Position numbers and translations under genes: made by a program | From: the human T2T-CHM13v2.0 reference genome, Homo sapiens | Strand: one strand, 5' to 3' | DNA length: 64,000 bases | Assembly: GCF_009914755.1 (NCBI RefSeq) | Contig: NC_060940.1 | Shown here: positions 37,510 to 55,380 of the stretch, piece after piece | Layout: the number at the start of each line of letters is the position of its first letter | Numbering within the stretch: the first letter of the stretch is position 1 | The notes under the pieces: generated by a model | Database searches by the model: none | Seen by the model: the letters and a program-made list of their open reading frames with translations, nothing else | Told to the model about the DNA's origin: nothing

Positions 37510-40482
37510 ATCTGGGGCAAGACAGAGTCAGTTTCTTTCACCCTGTCTCTCTCACTGAATGCAAATAAAAACCCTAGACAGAAAGCATGGAGCAGTTATC
37601 TGAGGACTCCAAAAATAATGATAGTGGGTAGACTGGGAAAAGCAGAATTTGAAGAACCACCAAACTGGTGTTGTTTTCCACTTTTTCCTCTTCAATATCA
37701 CTTAGCTTGGATTCATATTCAGCCCAAAACCCAGAAGTATACACTAGTGTAGCCAGAAAGGGCTTCAGAAGACGACTTGACTTTTCAGGCCCAAAGACCA
37801 GGAAAGGGGGCTCAAAAGATCAGAGACAGTTTAGGAAGTCTCAATTTAAAAAAAAAAAAAAAAAAAAAAAGTTTCTGTCCCAGCCCCCAGGCAATCCTGC
37901 CTCATTGCAGCAGAGGCTAGGCAGGTGTTAAAACTGGGGCAAGTGAATCCTCTGACCTGAGGGCATGGTTGCCACAATCGAAGGCAAACGGCCACCACAC
38001 TTTCCGTTCTGTCCTCGGCAAACACTAAACATAATAACCTCAAAGAAATTAATCCCCAGATTTCTCATAATACAATTTGAAAACTAAAGACGAAGGAAAA
38101 ATCTTGAAAGCAGCCAGAAGAAAAAGACACATAACATAAAGGGGAACAACAATTCCAATCACTGTGGATTTCTCCACAGAAACTAAGGCTACCAGAAGGA
38201 ACAAGAGCATTTTTAAATTTCTGCAAAAGAATCATCAACCCTAAATTCTATTTTTCATAAAAATGTCCTTCAGAAATTAAGGTGAAATAAGGGGCAGGGG
38301 AGGAGACGAGGAACATCAAGAATTAAGGAAGAGCACAAGAAGTGATAAATATTGGGGTAAACATCATATTCTTCTCATTATTTTGCCAAATATGTATGAT
38401 GGTTTAAAGCAATCATTTTAACACTGACTCATGGGATTTTCAATGTATATAGATATAATACATATAGTAATTATAACATAAAGGAGGAAAGGTAAAAGTA
38501 CCTATATTGTAGTTAGATTTCTCCAGTCTACTCAAAGTTGAAAATATTGAGTAGAAAGTAACAAGTATGTATATTATAATCCCTAGAGCAGTAACTACTT
38601 AAAAACACACAAACAAACAAACAAAAAACAACGATATGGGCCAGGAGAGGTGGTTCACACCTGTAACCCTAGTACTTTGAGAAGCTGAGGTGGGAGGATC
38701 ACTGGAGCCCAGGAGTTCAAGCCTGTGATGAGCCATGATGGCTACTATACTCCAACTTGGGCAACTGACTGAGACCTCATCTCTTAAAACATAAAAAAAA
38801 AAAACTATATAAAGCAATAGAGTAAAAAATCTCAACAGATAATTTACAGCATTAAAATCAAATAATCCAAAAATAAGTAGAAGAGTAAAACCAAAAAAAA
38901 TGAAAAACAGAACAAATTGAAAATGATAAAATGGTACACCTAAGCCCAAAATAATCCACCACATAAACATGCAGTCTAATCACACTATTTAACAGATATT
39001 GTCAGAGAAAGTTTTTAAAAATAAAACCTAAGGATGTATTCTCTACAAGATATCTACCCACTTTAAATATAATGATATTTCTAGGTTATGGTAAAAGGAT
39101 GAGAAAAATATCATGCAAATGCTAGTCAAAAAATACCTGAAGAGACTCTATTAATATCAGAAAAAGATTTCAGAAAAAAATTACCAGAAATAAAAGGCAA
39201 CATTATATGATTATAAAAAGGGTAAATGTACAGAATGTCTATACTGAAAATGTCAAAATATTGATGAAATAATCAAAGAACACCTATATAGAGAAATGTA
39301 CCCTATTCATAGACTGGAAGTTTTTGTATTGTTAAAATGTCAGTTCTATCCCCCTCCACAAAATGGATACATAGATTTAATGCACTTCTAACAAGAATAT
39401 CAAAAAGAGATTTAGTAGCTATGCACAAACTTAATTTAAATTGTATATGATAAACAAAAACAAAGGGAACAGAACCATCAAAACTATTGTGAAGAATAAA
39501 GTTGGTGGAGTCATACTTTCTGATTTTAAGACATTATAAAATTTTAATGATCAAGACAATGTCAGAAATCAGACACTAATCAGAAAAGAGTTGGACATAT
39601 AGAACAATGGAATTGTTTCTAAAGTCCAGAAACAGACCCACACAAATATGGCCAACTGATTTTTGACAAAGGTAAAAAACACATTGGAGAAAAAATTTTT
39701 TCCAACAAATAGTATTGGAACAAACGGACATCCATATGCACAAAGTAAACCTTGACCTAAACTTCACATCTTATGCAAAAATTAACTCAAAATAGATCAG
39801 AGATCTCCTTTGCAAAACATAAAACTCTAAAACTTTTAGAAAAAAAAGAAGAAAAACTTTGTTACATGGGGTTACACAAAAAGTTCTTAAACACAGTCGT
39901 TTCTGAAAAATTTAAACATACATTTATCATACGATCCAGCAATCCTACTTCTAGGTATTTATCTTTGCAAACTGAAAACTTGAAGTTCCCTCAATAAAGC
40001 TGTACACAAATGTTTATAGAAGCTTTATCTGTGATAGCCAAAAACCTCAAACAACTTAAATATACTTAAATGGATAAAGAGATCCATAGATTCATACCGT
40101 GGAATACTATTCAGCAACAAAAAAGAACAAACTATTGATACAGTGTAACAACTTGAGTGAATCTCAAAGGCATTATGCTGATTGGAAAAAAAAAACAGTT
40201 TCCAAAAGGTTGCATAATGTAGGATTCTTTTATATAACATTCTGGAGCAAAGCAAAACTACAGTAATGGAGGACAGATCAGTGGTTTCCAGGGGTTAAGG
40301 ATGGAGGAGGAGATATTACTACAAAGCAGCAGCATTAGATAATTTAAGGGGAACAAAGAACTGTTTCAGATCCTGATTGTGGTCATGGTTACATGCATCT
40401 ACACATGTGTTAAAACTCACAGAAGTTTACACCAAAAAAAAGTCAATTTTAATGTTGATGTAAAAAATAAAATTTAAAAAAA
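37510..40482 (+). mobile_element. Old L1M (L1MD/ME-like) with 5'UTR, ORF1, ORF2 pieces and 3' end
   Basis: aaaatcttgaaagcagccagaagaaaaagacac (ORF1); caactgatttttgacaaagg and ttccaacaaatagtattggaac (ORF2); ggaatactattcagcaac and an A-tail (3' end). Confidence 0.85.
38639..38804 (+). mobile_element. Monomeric Alu (FAM/FRAM-like) inside L1
   Basis: About 165 bp single monomer with an A-tail. Confidence 0.85.
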
Positions 40483-40629
40483 CTAGATTGGGGTAAAGGG
40501 AGATACTGTCACTCCCCCAAGAAATAAAACCCATAAGTTGGCAATAACAGCAAAAGAGATACTCAGAAACTCAAATCAGGACTTAAGACACTGGGTATAT
40601 TTCCTTTCAAAGCAAAGTCATCCCTCTTT

Positions 40630-42219
<1,590 letters not shown>

Positions 42220-42533
42220 TAGGGTCAGCTCCCATTATATTTCACAGTTTTGTCAATGGTTTCATCACCAAAATGAAGACACTACAGGGAAGAGCCCTAG
42301 TGGCAGAGAAACTGTATTAGACAAAATGCTAAAGTCGTGAGGCGATGGACAGCAGGTGTCTTAAATCCAGGATTAACGTGTGGTAGAGATAAGAAAGCAA
42401 AGAGCCTTCTCTGGGCTTCTTTCTTCTTACCTGTATCACAGGCAGCTGCCGTACAAAGCCGGGAAGTGGTTAAGAAACTGAAAACAGTGTAGGTTAAAAT
42501 TTCAGCTCTGCTTCTTACCAGTTGAAAGACTAG

Positions 42534-42837
<304 letters not shown>

Positions 42838-43051
42838 CAAATGCTTTGACTTCTTTATGTCTCTCTTTGCCTCTATGCTGCATTGTCTCATCCAAATGTA
42901 AAATTACACAAAAGCACCTATCCTTCAGGGTCGTCAGGGGAATTGAGACAATCTTACTACTATACTTGAAAAGCAGTACCTGGTACAGGAGAGACATACA
43001 ACAAATGTTACTGATTTTTAAAACGATTATCTCTAAAACTGGAGAGACAGA

Positions 43052-43290
43052 GCAGTATCTCTCAAACTTATTGTCTTCCAAGTGAGTTTTTCTTTTACAT
43101 TTTTTGCTAAGCATTCCTCCTCTCCATGAAATTTTAATGCCACAGATATGCTGTAGATCTTTTTATGTGCCATAGCCCTTCGGAGAGCCACAAACCATTG
43201 TAATAGTTAATATTTATTTTTTTTAGCCACTCCCAAGAACCAATTTTTACCCCCTTGCTAGCAGTATTATCCATGTTGAGAATGTCTATG
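43052..43290. mobile_element. hAT-Charlie-like MER
   Basis: Termini cagtatctctcaa.../...ttgagaatg; internal cccaagaaccaatttttaccccctt. Confidence 0.45.
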
Positions 43291-43353
43291 ATAAATCAAT
43301 TGATCTCTAATATTCTAAATCTGTATAGATCATATGGCCTTTAAGATTTCCTA

Positions 43354-43566
<213 letters not shown>

Positions 43567-43683
43567 TGGAAGCTATAATGACTTCCTTTTGGTAAATATA
43601 GCAGGACACTGAGAACTCTAGGAGGCCTGTATAACAGGCCAGGGAAAATGGGGCTGGAACTTGAGTAAAAAGCCATTCCCTTA

Positions 43684-43968
43684 GGCTGGGGGTGGTGCTT
43701 CAGCCTGTAATCTCAGCACTTCGGAAGGCCAAGGCAGGAGGTTAAAGCCAGGAGTTTGAGACCAGCCTGAGCAACATATTAAGACCCCATTTCAAAAAAA
43801 AAAAAATTAGTTGGGCATGATGGCATGCACCTGTAATCTCAGCTGCTCAGGAGGCAGGGCAGGAAGATTACTTGAACCCAGGAGTTCACCACTGCACTGA
43901 ACTGCGATCATGCTGCCGTACTTTAGCTTGGGCAACAGATTGAGACCTTGTCTAGAACAATAATAAAT
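43684..43968 (+). mobile_element. AluJ, degenerate
   Basis: Both arms recognisable. Confidence 0.92.
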
Positions 43969-45109
43969 TGTGAGTGGAACTGCTTATCTTTTATAAATTA
44001 TGCTGTTCACCATTTAGGAGAAAAATGGGTTAAATCTAAGGATTTGGAAAAGGCTTCCCTGTCTAGTACACACAGGCAGCTGGCCAGAGACTCAGTCCCA
44101 TTAGATAAATATCATTACACCCTAGAAATATGTTTATGTCAAAGTTACTGGTATACACTCTGGCCTTGAAGATTTATGGGATTATAAAAATTATTTCTAG
44201 TCATGAAGAATATGAAAAGGTGAAATAGTTTTTTTATAGTCCTGAAGGCATATTGAAATGTTCTAATTTCTCGACGTGCATCCCATCTCTCAACAGCATA
44301 TAAGAGTGTCTGTAACTGCAACACCTGTCTAGTACTTATTTTCAATGATCAATGATCACATTAGAAAAAAGATCTCAGCCTCATCTTATCTTTAAAAGTG
44401 GAGAAAGAAGCCTGAACGTCTACACTGGAGCCAAGAAGGCATGTATTTTCTCAGTCCCTAAATAATACACTGATGGTAAAAAAGAAAAAAAAAAAAAAAT
44501 CAAGCAGCTCTTTGGAATACTCCAGGCTTCCATTCTTTATTCACCTTAGAGATACTCCGCTCACTCTTGATGAATTAGCAGAGTATCACTTATCTTAACA
44601 TTGGCTTTTATTTTCCCTCGAAGTTTTCATGTGTTTCTTCTTTTATTCTGGACACATGAGTTATTCCACATTGGTTCCATCTCTGATGCCATCCAGTTGA
44701 TAATTATTGAAATCAGAAAGAACGAGTATAGTGATGTCAGACGGGAAAGCTGACCAGTTTTCCAACAGAGAGCGTCTTCTGGGAAGATCACACTCAAGTT
44801 CAGATTTTAACATTAAGTCGTTTACATTATTAGTAAGTTGACCATGATCTCTGGGACTGACTCAATTTAATCAGATTCCTAAAAAGTTGATATAAATTAA
44901 AATGTCTAGCTTTTGGTTTTAGGTTTAATTTACTCTAGAGGAATAAATGAGTAACTGAAACAATGGAGCCCTGTCTCTCAAGTCACACCTACACAAATAG
45001 CAAGGAATCTATGAAGAAAAAGTAGTAATCAGATTGTTAGATTAGAATGTAATGCCCTAAAAGGGAGAGGTGGGGTAGAAGTGACTAGAATAAGACAGAC
45101 AAACATGTG

Positions 45110-45451
45110 GCTTGTGTTCCACCATTACCCCAAATCTCACCATGAATTTCAATAATCCCCACGTGTCAAGGGCAGGGCCAGGTGGAGATAATTGAGTCAC
45201 CAGAGCAGCTTCCCCCATACTGTTCTCATGGTCGTAAGTTTCACAAGATCTGATGGTTTTATAAATGAGAGTTCCCCTGCACAAGCTCTCTTGCCTGCTG
45301 CCATGTAAGACATGTCTTCCTTCCCCTTTGCCTTCCACCATGATTGTGAGACCTCCCCAACCATGTGCAACTGTGAGTCCATTAAACCTCTTTTATAAAT
45401 TACCCAGTCTCAGCTATGTCTTTATGAGCAGCATTAGAAAAGTCTAATACA
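45110..45451 (+). mobile_element. THE1 (B/C-like) LTR with damaged 5' end
   Basis: ccaaatctcacc...gatctgatggttttataa...ccatgtaagacatg...taaattacccagtctc...ctaataca. Confidence 0.92.
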
Positions 45452-45890
45452 CCCCTCTTGCACCCATGGCAGACAGTGTTAATCACTGCACATGTTTGAT
45501 ACTGAACCCTAATGCAGCCTCAGCACCCATTCCATACAGTGCTCTAAGCAACCCCATCCAATCAGTATTATTATATAAGATGAACTCTTATATGCCATAT
45601 CTGGCCGAGAGGGATGATTCATCCGAGCCATGGATTCTCTTTTTCTGCCATAAAACAAAACCCTTCACTAGTTATCAGAATTTCTATTTGTAGCAGATTT
45701 AGTAGCGCTCTTGTACTAGCTTAACCAGACAATTATTGCAAGATTCTTCTCCTTTTGTCCTGGGGGAGCTTATCTTACAGATACAGTTAGAGATAGAGAG
45801 CAAAGTTGAACTTTGGGGAAAAAAACTCTAGAGATGGTACTTGAGCAACTGTATTTTTAGAGATCTCCATGGAGCTTTTGGGGGTTTTCA

Positions 45891-46188
<298 letters not shown>

Positions 46189-46393
46189 GAGACTGTTTAA
46201 AGTAGCGAAGTTGTGAACTGCTGGCCACTCTGGCAAAGAAACAACCTGGCCCCTACAGTTCAACTGTCTTGTCTCTACCACTACAAATAACACTGAGCTA
46301 TCACAGTCTTCTTTGATTAGTTGAGGACAGACCCAACACCTCCCAAGAAGATGCCCTAGAAGGCACCTCCCAACCAATTAAATGTAGTATATT

Positions 46394-46776
46394 GTGGAAT
46401 CATTAGAGTTGTTCAATTCTCTCTTCCTCCAAGCATAGTAGAATGACACTGAATTGACATTTGCCCAGCCACCTTAAGGCAAGTATGACTAGGTGACTTG
46501 ATTTGGCCACAGTGTTGGAGTTGAAGGTATATGCCAAGCTTTAGGATACAGTATGTGATTCAACATACTCTCTTTCCTTCTGCCACAGTGACCTTCATCA
46601 TTCTTCATGGTAGGTGAATGAATGCTCTGGACTCAGAATAATGTGAGACAGAACCCCCAACCTACCCATTATAGGCATGTGGAGTGAGCAAGAAATAAAC
46701 CTTTGCTCTTTGGTTCCATCAGGATGTGGCGGTTGTTTGTTCCTGCAGCACGACCTGGTCTATTCTAACTGATACA
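46394..46776 (+). mobile_element. MLT1I/J-like MaLR LTR
   Basis: gtgagcaagaaataaacctttg...ggttgtttgttcctgcagca...taactgataca. Confidence 0.75.
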
Positions 46777-47859
46777 TCATTTAAGGGAAAGTCTTTATGC
46801 AATCCTTGTAAAATATTTGCGGAAGCTGTCAAGAGAAGAAACAAAACTGCTTTTGGTCTCATCAAGGTCCATTCAATTTTGGCAAATTATAAACATATAA
46901 GCAGATAAAAAATAAACTATATTGGTATGGCGAGATTTTTTTAACATGAGGCGTCTAAAAAGGACCAAAGAGCAGGTCTGAATACAATAGGGAAGTGGAG
47001 GAAGAAGAAATGGAGAAATGTATAGGGGAACAATTCACTGGTGTTCATGCAATCCTGTGCTGATCCCTGACTTTTGACTTCCCCAGCATGACCAGACAGG
47101 GACCCAAGCCAACCTGTTGGAATAAGACATATTGAACCACAGTGAGTGTATTGGTCCCAGGACTATCATCGAAAAAGCAAGACTGGAGCAGGATTAGTTA
47201 AATGTTACCAACCCTCACTTTCCAGGCAAACATTTAATTTTTTTACTGCTTATATGTCTCTTCTATGACAGGAAAAAATTCAAGTAACTGATTGAAAGAG
47301 CGTTTGGTGCCAGAAAAGACAGTATTTTTTTTTCCTGTCTAGTTTTCACAATACATGGTATTTTTAAGCTACGAAATATTTTTCAACAATTTCAAAATTT
47401 AAGAGGTGCCATTCAAGAACCATAAGCTACAAATCCAATTTCTAAAAGTTCATACAATGTCAAATAATAAAATTGTTTATATAATAGAAAACATATGTTT
47501 TCTTGGGTAAAGTAAGCTGTTATTTTTAATAATGCCAAATATGATTAATTGCCAATCAGCTCCACCAAAAGTACTTTCTTACTGCCTGTTTTTTTCAAGG
47601 ATACATTTGGGAAAAAGTTGAAAATAACATGTCAACTCACATAAAAATATTGTCCTTTCACAGTAAAATTTCCTTCAAAATTACATGTTCAGTTATGGTT
47701 TTATAAAGTTATAAAGTCCTAGAAATATATTTTATAACCGCATGTGGCACTTAAAAGATTGACTTTTACAGGACATTCCAAATGAGACATTCAATTATAG
47801 GACAGAGATTATTAACAGTGCATTTCCCCTTCAAATAAGATATTTAGTGTTGTTAGGAC

Positions 47860-48480
47860 TGCTGTAGTTAATTCATTCATTTATTTTATCAGAAAATATT
47901 TGTAAGCACTTACCACCTGCCAGGCTCAGATCTGGATGATGATGCTACCACTGTCAACATGGCAAACAACAACCATTGACTCACAGAACTCACATGTACG
48001 TAGCACTAATATACATATATACACACATTAATATACACTAATACGTGCATATATACATTAATATAAGCACTAATATATAATGTATGCAAACACACATTTA
48101 TGTCTGTTTCAGTTTGTGATCCTAACTGGACCACAGGCTCTGTGAGTCAATGGTTGTTGTCTGCTATATTCACAGTGGTAGCTTCATCATCCAGAACTCA
48201 GTATGGCAGGTGACAAGTGCTTACAAATATTTTCTGATAAAATAAACAAATGAATTAACTACACCAGTTTTTATTATACTGTGTATAAGTTCCACAGTCA
48301 GAGGATAGACAATGATGGTCAGAGATGAACTTAGATAAAAGGATCGGCAAAAGCATTTTTGAGAAAGATGCATTTGGGAAAAATCCTTAATCAAGTGAGG
48401 AAGAGTATTCCAGATAAAGGGCTAAGTGAAAAGGCCCTGAGGTACCAAGAAACTTGAAAGATTTAATAAACAGATTTTGG
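47860..48480. mobile_element. L2 fragments in both orientations, with AT/CA low-complexity sequence
   Basis: attcattcatt...aagcacttaccacctgccagg; gtgcttacaaatattttctgataaaataaacaaatgaat. Confidence 0.5.
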
Positions 48481-48689
48481 AAATCACAAGAGCTAAGATA
48501 CAACAGTGGGTGAAGATAGCAGATGTAGGTGAAGAAATTACATCACTGGAGACAAGGAGGTCAAAGACAGGGAAGCTGAAGTACCGGATGGCTCATGCAA
48601 GTGAATAATCTCATATCCTTCGGTTATTAATTTTGAATCTATTAATAAGATCAGTTTCAGTCAACACGCTGTTTTAGCCGATTCAAGTT

Positions 48690-49480
48690 TTTAACATGTA
48701 GTGTTTGTATTGTTATTTGGAATTCTGAGTATTTTCCAAATGCCATTAAAATTTTTTAGGTGAGTAAGGGGCTGCTTGAATTAGTAAAATCATCAAACAT
48801 GGTTTCTGGGGGGGGTTGATTACTGACTTCTAAGATTAATGTATGGTGGACAAGATTAATGTATGCTGGTATGTATAGTACCAATTCGTTGATGTGTGCT
48901 GTGAGTTACTGTCACCTGGTGTATGATTTTTACAAAGTTTCAATGTGTACTTTTTTAAAAAAGTGAGAACTTTTTAACTTCTGGAACAGGGTCCCATATG
49001 TACCCTGTATTGATCATATATTTTGTAGCCTCACTGATATTTGATTAATCTATTGGCATCCACAGGAGACACGTTTCAGTTTCCTACTATACTTCTACAT
49101 TTGACCATTTCTCCTTGCAATTCTGTCCATTTTTGCTTTACATATTTTTGTGATTATCTTTTTATATGTGCATTCAGGGTCAAGTTTCCAGTATCTTTCT
49201 GGTTATTTCCTTCTGTTAGAATTCTATAAGTCCTAATAATATATTTTACCTTATAGTTCATTCTAACTGACATTAATATGACTATCAGTTTTACCTAATG
49301 TATATTTTCCACCTTTTAACTTTCAGTTTTTCTGCATTATGAATTCAACTATCTCTTGTAAGTAAAACAGATTTTTCCCCAGTATGAGAATCACTGCCTT
49401 TTAATATGTAAATTAAATCAATTTATTTGATTTGCAATTACTGATATATTTTAATTCTCCCATCTTTATTTTTGGACTAG
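48690..49480 (-). mobile_element. Ancient L1M remnant
   Basis: catttctccttgcaattctgtccatttttgctttacatattttt; aactgacattaatatgact. Confidence 0.6.
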
Positions 49481-49968
49481 TTTTTACATTAATTCCAGTG
49501 ACATGATAGTGAAAATTCAGATTAAACACACAAGCATGGCCAAACTTCTTACTTTGTTCACTCCTAGGAAGGTTTTCCCCTTATCCAGAACAACAAATAG
49601 AGCCAAGCTCCTTGTTGGTTCTGTGACTAATGAGCAGTTTTTCTAATTCCTCTTCAACATTGAGGCAGCATTTCCTGGTTTTGTGCGAGGGTCTCAGTTC
49701 CAAATTCTCGCCTTGCAGGCATCAGTCTTCAAGGAAGAATTAAAACTTCAGTCACCTGCCATTTGAGCAATGCTTTCTGGGATGCAAAATATCAGTTCAC
49801 ACCCTCAAATTTTGCCTTTGAATTCCATCTTTATTTCTAATATATGGAGATCTACTCTTTCTTTTGATCTTGGCTGCGTATTTCATTTGAGGATACATGT
49901 TTATATTTTATCTAGAATGTCTATATATTTGACTTCATGTGAAACACTACATAGTTTGCTGGGGTTGC

Positions 49969-50340
49969 TGATATGGTTTGACTGTGTCCACACCCAAATC
50001 TCATCTTGAACTGTAGCTCCCACAATTCCCATGTGTGGTAGGAGGGACTCAGTGGGAGGTAATGGAATCACGGGGGCAGGTCTTTCCCGTGCTGTTCTCG
50101 TGATAGTGAGTAAGTCTCACGAGATCTTGATGGGTTTATAAACAGGAATTGCCATGCACAAGCTCTCTCCCTTTGCCTGCCACCATCCATGTAAGACATG
50201 ACTTGCCCCTCCTTTCCTTCTGCCACGATTGTGAGGCCTCCCCAGCCACATGGAACTGTGAGTCCATTAAACCCCTTTGTTTCATAAATTGCCCAGTCTT
50301 CGGTACGTCTTTATCAGCAGCATGAAAACAGACTAATACA
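49969..50340 (+). mobile_element. THE1B/C solo LTR
   Basis: tgatatggtttgactgtgtcc...cagactaataca; TSD gttgc/gctgc. Confidence 0.95.
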
Positions 50341-50579
50341 GCTGCCACACAGAAACTTATTTTCTTACAATTCTGGAGGCTAGAAGTCAGAGATCAAGAT
50401 GTCACTAGGACTGACTTCCTCTGAGGCCCTCCTCTTGGTTTGTCAATGGCTGTCTTCACCCTATGTCTTCACATGGTCTTCCCTCTGTGCATATCTCTGT
50501 CGAAATCTCCTCTGCTTTGAAGGATTCCAGTCTTACTGGATTACTGCCCACCCGAGTGACCTCATTTTAAATTAAATAC

Positions 50580-51210
<631 letters not shown>

Positions 51211-51238
51211 ACAAATATGTATTTAAAGATTCCTTCCT

Positions 51239-51555
51239 GTCTGTGAATGGTGGCTCACACCTATATTCCAAGCACTTTGGGAGGCTGACTTGGGAAGATC
51301 ATTTGAGGCCAGGGGTTTGAGACCAGCCTGGGCAACATAGTAAGACTCTGTCTCAACAGAAAAATTAAAAAATAGCCAGGTGTGGTGGCACACACCTTTG
51401 GTCCCAGCTACGTGGGAGGCCAAGGCAGGAGGATCAGTTGAGGCTAGGAATTTGAGGCTGCAGTGAGCCAGCACCATGACACTATACTCTGGCCTGAGTA
51501 ACAGAGTGATGAGTGACTCTTTCTTTAAATAATAAATAAAATGAATCAATCAATC
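51239..51555 (+). mobile_element. AluJ
   Basis: Both arms, (TAAA)n tail. Confidence 0.93.
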
Positions 51556-51919
51556 ACCCTTTCCCTTTTCCCCAAGTGCAGTCACATTTTGAGGTACTGG
51601 AGTTAGGACTTCAACATACAAATCAACATACAGGTTGGCAAGGAGGCACAATTCAGCCCTTAACAGGCACCCTTCCAATTCCATCTGTCAGAATGTCAGA
51701 AGCAGAGGTTCTATGTTGTCTTTTATGCCCTTCTCTGAGTCTAAATCAAGACCAAGTTTCAATGTCACCCTTCTTAGTTTTTCCTTTGTCTGTTACTCTC
51801 AAATGCTAAGTAAATGCTTCCTCATTCCAAGCATTTGGTATCTACTTCTCTTAGCATGTGATACAATCACTAGGTACATATATCCTGGGACAGGAGAATG
51901 ATATGATGCTGTACCTGGC

Positions 51920-52078
51920 ACAAAAACTCTGAGGTAGTTACTAATCACATTTTTAAAATAAAGAAGCAAAGTTATAGAAGGCTAAGTAACCTACCCAAGA
52001 TCACAAAGCTAGGAAGTGATAAAGTCAGGATTTCAACACAGGTGTCCTCACCCCAGAATCTACACTCTTAAACCACTA
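51920..52078 (-). mobile_element. MIR
   Basis: ggctaagtaacctacccaagatcacaaagctaggaagtg...ggatttcaacacagg. Confidence 0.75.
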
Positions 52079-52090
52079 CTTATTTTTTAA

Positions 52091-52212
52091 AAATTAGCCA
52101 GGCATGGAGGCACACACCTGCAGTCCCAGCTACTTGGGAGGCTAAGGCAGGAGAATTACTTGAACCCAGGAATCCAGGAGGTGGAGGTTGGAAACAAAAC
52201 AAAACAAAACAA
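52091..52212 (+). mobile_element. Alu right-arm fragment with (CAAAA)n tail
   Basis: aaattagccaggcatgg...ggaggtggaggttg joined directly to (CAAAA)n. Confidence 0.88.
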
Positions 52213-54559
52213 TACTTACTGACTTTGGAATCAAAGAGACTTTGTTTGAATTTCAGCTCTGCCACTGAATTCTCTGTGAGCCTCTGAGAATGTTGCTGTA
52301 AGCATACCTCATTTGCTACTCTAACAAAAGCCGAGGACTAACAGTTACACTGCTTAGCATGCCAGGGGCAGGGGGTACACGGAGCAAAACCCAGTGAGGA
52401 CTCTGTTCTCCTGGAGCCTACAGTTCAATGGGTGTGATGAACCTGGTGGATGGAACGAGGCCGTGATTTCCTTGAGGATATATTATAAACCAACAAGAGT
52501 GCCCTGAAAGAGAGGAGCATGATTATCCAAGAGCTTGTAACATAGAAACCTGCTGGATAATTGAAACAGCCATTCTAAGTCCTGCTGGGACACATACCAG
52601 GAGGAGGAACTGGCATACTGGCATTAGCTAGGTGAGGGGTGTGGTCAAAGGATGCAGAGAAATTATTCCAGACCCAGAGGACAGCATGTCCCAATGTTCT
52701 GTGGAGGAAAAGGACAGGACAAAAAAAATCAAGGAATACAAAAAATAAGGTAAAAGTTGGTGCGAGACGATTCTGAAGAGGCGGGCAGGGAGGAAGAACG
52801 CAAGATCTCTCTAAAGATTTCCACCAAAAAGATTTTACCAGAATTCATCCATAACCTGTGAATAACTTCTTCCCTGTGAAGCTGTATACTCAGGATCCTA
52901 TGAAAAAGCTATGTAATATGTCTGGGTTGTGGTCAGTGTTCAGACATTAGTCTTGCAGTTTTATCAACTGTTATTTATTTTAAGAAATGTCTAGTCAACA
53001 GTCTCATCCACTGGGGTTTTAGTCTTCCTTTAAATCGATGTCCGCATAAAATGTAGAACAATGTATCTCACTATGTAGCACACATTTTCAGCCTTTAATT
53101 TGCATGGAAATTGCTAGATCAAATAATGTTGTCCTGCATAAAAACCACAACTGTGAAATCAAACCCTGCAAAAGTGGTCAAACCAGGGGATCTGCCAGAT
53201 GCCACCAGTACTAATTACAAGCCACAGTGATTTGGGACAGTATCTTTAAAAAAGAATAAGTCCTTCTTTCAGAAAGTACCATTAAAACTCTCCTTTTATA
53301 GAGAGCACAGGGCAACGCATTTAACATTATTCTTCCCAAACTTTATTTGGTACAACTGAGTACTTTTTGCCCATGAGGTGAGGAACTGCTATGTTTCATT
53401 GATTTCTCATCTTTACTTATGCATATTCCCTGACTTTTAGGAAACGGTGCTAAGAAATCCCCCTTTCTCTTCTTTACCAAGTATAAAATTGAGAACCTTC
53501 AAGTTCCCCCACTTTTGATTCAGAAGGGGAGCTAGAAGGTACAGCTCTGACTTTGTCCCTAAGATGCACTTTCCTTGTAGCATTTCTGGTGCCACTGCCT
53601 CATCGGCCTTGGGTAGTGTTGGAGGGGTAATTACTCAATATTTTTTCAAACTTTAGCCTAAGTGTGGATGAAAGAGTCTTTTCTTTATAACCCTAGCATG
53701 ATGAAGACAATGCTAGAATGGTCACATTCAGCTTTGCTAAATGGGATATCAACACCAAAATAAAGAGGACCGTGAATGTAGATAATCTGATTTACCAAGT
53801 ATGATCCTATGCACTTCCTGCTTGTGGCTCCATGTGGCTGAAGATAATTCCTGATTTTTCATCTTTCTCTAACTCTCAATATCTAAGAGTCCATTCCTAG
53901 CTATACTAAATCTTGTACACCATAGTGGAAACACTGAGTCCAACAGAGAGACCCACATCTTTATTGTTCACCTAAAACCCATCTCTTCGTTGGTTGACTG
54001 ACAACAAGAATGAAATTCATATGAAACTCATCTCCTTTGCCTCCATAGGCTAAGGCTGTACTTTAATGGGCCCCAACAGTTTACTCTGTCTCAAAACCGA
54101 TCTAGAAACACAAGCTCCATGCATATAACAGCAGAAGTCTCATTTCCTTACAAATATTTCATTCTCCAAATTCCAGCTTTCTCAATACATAGGAGGAAAA
54201 GAATTTTTCTAATCTTTCTCAGTACTCAGATTTGTGCCACAGAAGATGGCATTTGTATATCTAACACCCATAAACCTCCTCCCATCTTACAGTCTTTAAA
54301 ATACAGATGTTGCTTTAATAGCCACAATCATATAACATTCCATTTCATAATTTCATAATCATTGTAAAGCTGTTTCACATCTCATTTCCCTAGGCTCCAA
54401 ACAGCTTTATTTCACCCAGTTGGTGTAACAATAACTCTAATACAAGGCAGCATGTGCTGTATCCCATGTCCTTTAATGAACTATAAACTCTGGGAGGACC
54501 CAGGCTGTGTTTGAATTAGGTTCTGTGCAGCTGTGAGTTTGCACCTGCTGGTTACTCTG

Positions 54560-55380
<821 letters not shown>

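Noticed and set aside
38599-38970. 123-aa hydrophobic, membrane-like ORF
   Set aside because: It is the antisense reading of A-rich L1 plus an Alu monomer, so the hydrophobicity is a compositional artefact.
42293-42305. Weaker CTCF-like matches (also at about 5198 and 55098)
   Set aside because: Two or more mismatches at informative core positions, which is expected by chance in 64 kb.
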